A stretch of 55,342 nt of DNA, filler included, from Squatina squatina (lineage: Eukaryota), in the NCBI GenBank assembly GCA_031763465.1. It is 3 parts of 3 records of this genome, joined end to end, with 100 filler letters (N's around TTAATTAATTAA, not from the genome) between each part and the next. Parts side by side here need not be neighbours in the genome. Positions count along the whole stretch, not along the records: positions 39,137 to 55,342 come from JARFOE010000219.1; 2 more parts are not named here. The stretch is one strand, 5' to 3'. The notes below the pieces were generated by a model. It was not told where the DNA came from. It did not search any database and saw only the letters and a list, made by a program, of their open reading frames with translations. Both the position numbers and the translations under genes were made by a program. The number at the start of each line of letters is the position of its first letter. Within the stretch, counting starts at the first letter, position 1. Positions 51,362 to 55,342 of this stretch are shown one piece after another.

Positions 51362-51435
51362 TAGAAACATAGAAAATAGGAGCAGGAGTAGGCCATTCGG
51401 CCCTTCGAGCCTGCTCCGCCATTCAATATGATCAT
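51362..51435 (-). mobile_element. CR1 LINE 3' tail
   Basis: tagaaacatagaaaataggagcaggagtaggccattcggcccttcgagcctgctccgccattcaat. Confidence 0.85.
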
Positions 51436-52298
51436 NNNNNNNNNNNNNNNNNNNNNNNNNNNNNNNNNNNNNNNNNNNNNNNNNNNNNNNNNNNNNNNNN
51501 NNNNNNNNNNNNNNNNNNNNNNNNNNNNNNNNNNNGTTAGATGGGACTCCTGAGGGAGAATTCGGATAAAGTCGAAATGAAAATGGTTAAATTAGCGTTG
51601 TATTATTTATTTCTGGAAGAAGAAATCAAATAGCTTTGGTTAAACGACCATTTAAAAATAAATGAGCTTCAATCGAGTTAAAACTAGCCTGGAAAAAGTT
51701 GCTCTTAAATAATTCGCTGTCGTATTTGGGGCCATTTATTTGAATATAGCACTGCTTTATAACTTTTAACCTATCGAGTTCACTGCTTCTTAAAGTTTAA
51801 AAAATATATATTGTTGATTATCCAACAGTTGAACTAATTCATTTCAGAATAGTACTGCGGTAAACTGGGGACATTTAAGTACCCTGTGATTTGTGTATTG
51901 TTTTATATAAGAGGTTTGATTGTGTGTGTATGAGTGCTCTGAACGTTATAATTAAAATTGTTTTCGTCGATGTGCTGTCAGGAATGCGGTGATTAAAACC
52001 AACTCCACTTTCATTCTGTGTAATAAATACCACATTCATCAGCATTCAACGTGCGTTGGAGCAGTGCTTGTCCCCAGATGAACTCCATTCTGTGCCAGCA
52101 ACTCAGCTCTGGGCAGTCTGTCAACCAACAGAATATGAAAACAAGGAGATGTTATTTGGATAACTTGACAGCAAAGGGGGCGATGATTCAGCAGGCAATA
52201 TGTGTTCATTGTGTAGCGGATACATTAGCATTTGAACATCTTGTATTCTTAAAAAAAATCGACATTAAGCTATTTTATCATGAACTATGCGTTGGTGT

Positions 52299-52675
52299 CA
52301 TAGAATCAAAGAAGGTTACAGCACAGAAAGAGGCCATTCGGCCCACTGTGTCTGTGCCAGCCGAAGAGCTATCCAGCCTAATCCCATTTTCCAGCTCTTG
52401 GTCCTTAGCCCTGTGGGCCACGATGCTTCGACTGCACATGCATCCAAGTATTTTATAAATGCCATGAGGGTTTCAGCCTCTACCATCCCTTCAGACAGTG
52501 AGTTCCAGAACCCCACCACTCTGTGGGTGAAAAAAAGTTCTCCTCAACTCCCCTCAATCCTTCTACTAATTACTTTAAATCTATACCTTCTGGGAAATAG
52601 CTTCTTCATATCCACTCTATCCGGACCCCTCATAATTTTATACACCTCAATCAAGCCTCCTCTCACCCTCCTCTG
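52299..52675 (-). mobile_element. CR1 LINE 3' end
   Basis: catagaatc...gaggccattcggccca tail; minus translation QRRVRGGLIEVYKIMRG.DRVD..KLFP and VGFWNSL.E.MVEA.TL..F.KYLD. Confidence 0.88.
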
Positions 52676-52775
52676 NNNNNNNNNNNNNNNNNNNNNNNNN
52701 NNNNNNNNNNNNNNNNNNNNNNNNNNNNNNNNNNNNNNNNNNNNNNNNNNNNNNNNNNNNNNNNNNNNNNNNNNN

Positions 52776-53333
52776 TTTTTCAAAGCTGCCCACGTGGGCT
52801 CGCTGGCTCCAAACCCCGAAGTGGTGCAACTGCAAGAGCAGAGGAAGGTCCGGCTGCTCGACTACAGACGAGGTGCCAGGCCCCTGATTCTCAACTTTGG
52901 GAGCTGCACCTGACCCCCATTCATGGCGCGCCTCAAGGCGTTCCAGGGACTGGCCAGCCAGTACGCAGATATTGCAGACTTCCTCCTGGTCTACATTGAG
53001 GAAGCCCACCCTTCCGACGGCTGGGTCAGCACCGATGCACCCTATGATATCCCAAGGCACCAGTCCCTGGAAGACCGACTGAAAGCAGCCAGTCTGATGC
53101 ACAAGGAGAACCCCGGCTGCCTTGTGGTGGCGGACACCATGGACAATTCTTCGAACGCTGCCTATGGGGCTTACTTCGAAAGGCTCTATGTCGTCTGCAA
53201 TCAGAAAGTGGTGTATCAAGGAGGGAGGGGGCCAGCGGGATACAAGATCTCCGAACTAAGAACATGGCTCGACCAGTACAAAAAGCAGAGCCACAATTCC
53301 AGCACTGTCGCGATTGAAGTGTCAATGAGCTAA
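52776..53333 (+). CDS. DIO3: Type III iodothyronine deiodinase (selenoprotein); 5' end hidden in the assembly gap; TGA at 52911-52913 encodes Sec
   Basis: One continuous frame [17 protein letters not shown]...[22 protein letters not shown]...[16 protein letters not shown]...[20 protein letters not shown]...[22 protein letters not shown]...[10 protein letters not shown]. The SCTUPPF active site is DIO3-type (DIO1 SCTUPSF, DIO2 SATUPPF). No intron in the visible part. Confidence 0.96.
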
Positions 53334-53591
53334 ATGCACTGAACTTGTAGAAAGGTTAATATATTTTGAACACGGCTCTTCCTCCGTTCCGCTTGCCCGA
53401 AGTGTTTATCACTGAACGAACTCGTGAAGCCCACGGTGACTTGTAATGTGCGGTTAATGTGACCTTGTTCTCTCATAATGTATATTTGTAAATACACTTT
53501 GAAATACTATATATTTTTATGTTTATTTTTTTATGTTCTACCTGGCTTGAAAAGCGAGCTAAAGCAAAGTTGAAATTCGCAGATATTCTTG

Positions 53592-53660
53592 GTACTTTTT
53601 TGTGAAAGCCGGTTTTGAAATGGCTCTGTGCCAGGAAACCGCGCCTGATGTGACAAGTGC
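53592..53660 (+). promoter_or_regulatory. SECIS element (form 2, GUGA core) in the DIO3 3' UTR
   Basis: Helix I GTACTT/AAGTGC. Core G-TGAA (53602-53606) / TGAT (53646-53649). Helix II GCCGGTTTT/GAAACCGCGC. Unpaired AAA at 53618-53620. Mini-stem TGGC/GCCA. Confidence 0.88.
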
Positions 53661-53808
53661 TCGGGATACGGTGAGCGGTGTAGGTGGGACCAGTACTGTA
53701 TGGAGTCTGATGCAAAGAAATGCTTCGAAATCGCGGTCTTTCCTTTATGCGGACAGGTCATGTTTTCGTATGTTTTTTGAAGTGAAACATTTTTTTATTA
53801 CATTTTAT

Positions 53809-53829
53809 AATAAATGTTCAAAAAATAAA
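53809..53829 (+). terminator. Tandem polyadenylation signals of DIO3
   Basis: AATAAA at 53809-53814 and 53824-53829, followed by GT/T-rich sequence, downstream of the SECIS. Confidence 0.75.
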
Positions 53830-55342
53830 CTGTGGGATGTATGTTTCCTTACTCGTATCGACTTTAACTAACACGAGAGTTGATTGTATGCCTGGTCTTG
53901 GGTGTGGGCAGGCGGTAAGGGCACGAATCTTACAAAGTGTAAAACCCAATTTAACAGGGGTCAATATATTACTTCCTTAGTGTTCGGGTTCCTGGAGCAG
54001 AGCTTCTGTAGGTACTACCAGACACCGCACCCCCACAAACCCGTGGGGTCTTCTATTATCTCTTAATATCCGGAAAGTTGTACGTAACCACATATTATGA
54101 ACATACAAAATTGGCAGGCAGGAAAAGACCAACTGTTCCATCAAGCCTGCCCCATACCATGATGGCTGTNNNNNNNNNNNNNNNNNNNNNNNNNNNNNNN
54201 NNNNNNNNNNNNNNNNNNNNNNNNNNNNNNNNNNNNNNNNNNNNNNNNNNNNNNNNNNNNNNNNNNNNNAGTATTTGGAAGTGTATACTGGTTAACAAGT
54301 TCAATAAACTTGAACTTCCCGTTTTTTCATATTGAACTTGAGTCTGCAATACATTTGGAGACCATAATATAAAGAATGTTTGACTGCAAATATGTAACAA
54401 AGTATGTCAAAATTTGTATTTGTCAATATAATTGACATTGCATCTTTACATTGTGCTTGTTTTTTAGTCTTTTGGTAAGACAGCAAATGATTTTTTTTGT
54501 CATTTTTTACTGGAAACTTTTTATATAGATCTCAACTATGTTGAAAGCTTGATCCATTTCCAGAAGCCCTTCCTAAGTTCTGATTTAAACTTGTCTTTAG
54601 TATTATTTCCTAGAAACTATTCTATTCTGATGGTCTTTCCTTACTTTGTAAGTATAGCAAATGTATGTTCTCCTGATCTGGATTTTCCTTTTATGAAACA
54701 TTTTTGCTATTTGATTTTAGATATGCTGTTTGACTTGCCTTTTGAAATACTGAACATATTGACATTGACTAGTTTTCCTACATGTTAAAATATTGTTTTG
54801 AAATTAACTTCATGAAAGTGATATTTTGAAAGATTACTGATTTAATTACTAATAGTTTTGAATTAAATTTTAAACTGTAAAAGTTGCAACTTTACAAAAT
54901 CCAGTTAAACTACCAATTAGAACTGTAATATTTTAAATGCTGTTTGGGCTATGAAGAGCTAATAGACCTTGAAGTTGAATCATTAACCTGTTGCATCAAT
55001 CTAAACTTTTCAGTAAGACTGAGAAATACAAATCTTTTTTTGCAGACCTCAAACAAGAGGCCCAACAACAGTACCCCTCCTACCACGCAGTTAACAAAGA
55101 TAAAGTTTCCTGGTCCCACAGCAGTAGTGAAGAAAGAAAAACGTCAGAGTTCTTCTAGGTTCAATATCAGTAACAACAGGGAACTACAAAAACTACCGCC
55201 TTTGAAAGGTAATACTTGTGTTCATGGTCTTATGTATTTAACTCTTGAGGCATTCACTTTTTTTCCTAGGCTAGTGAATCATCTGTGATGTTGCACATGA
55301 AAAGTCAGCAGAAATAGTCTCTGTTACCTGTTTGTGTGTTTA

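Noticed and set aside
52287-52913. 208-aa ORF as the DIO3 N-terminus
   Set aside because: Chimera of antisense CR1 sequence, an N gap and true DIO3 codons; frame continuity across the placeholder gap is accidental.

Overview
Vertebrate genomic DNA, very likely a cartilaginous fish (shark), inferred from SacSINE1/Deu-SINE-type SINEs, CR1 LINEs with (TTTCTATG)n tails, L2 and Penelope-type repeats. It comes from a fragmented short-read assembly. Two artificial 100-bp linkers (44N-TTAATTAATTAA-44N at 24414-24513 and 39037-39136) split the window into three blocks that need not be neighbours in the genome. Two host genes are clear. One is a single internal exon of RNF40 (BRE1B; minus strand, 388-505). 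The other is the 3' two-thirds of the selenoprotein gene DIO3 (plus strand, 52776-53333). The ORF track wrongly splits DIO3 at its in-frame TGA (Sec, 52911-52913); a GUGA-core form-2 SECIS (53592-53660) and poly(A) signals follow it. The most novel-looking item is a decayed endogenous retrovirus-like element (about 16208-21448). It has an apparently very long 5' LTR, a tRNA-Arg primer-binding site, a Gag zinc knuckle, a DTG protease and a retrovirus-type RT, which a CR1 insertion cuts off just after the catalytic motif. Other observations: a Penelope-type inverted repeat with a hammerhead-ribozyme-like core, a SINE with an inverted 5' head, a CA-rich higher-order satellite, a diverged ~650-bp duplication, and a CpG-rich region that may encode a small secreted or membrane protein. 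Family assignments come from recalled motifs; no database searches were run.
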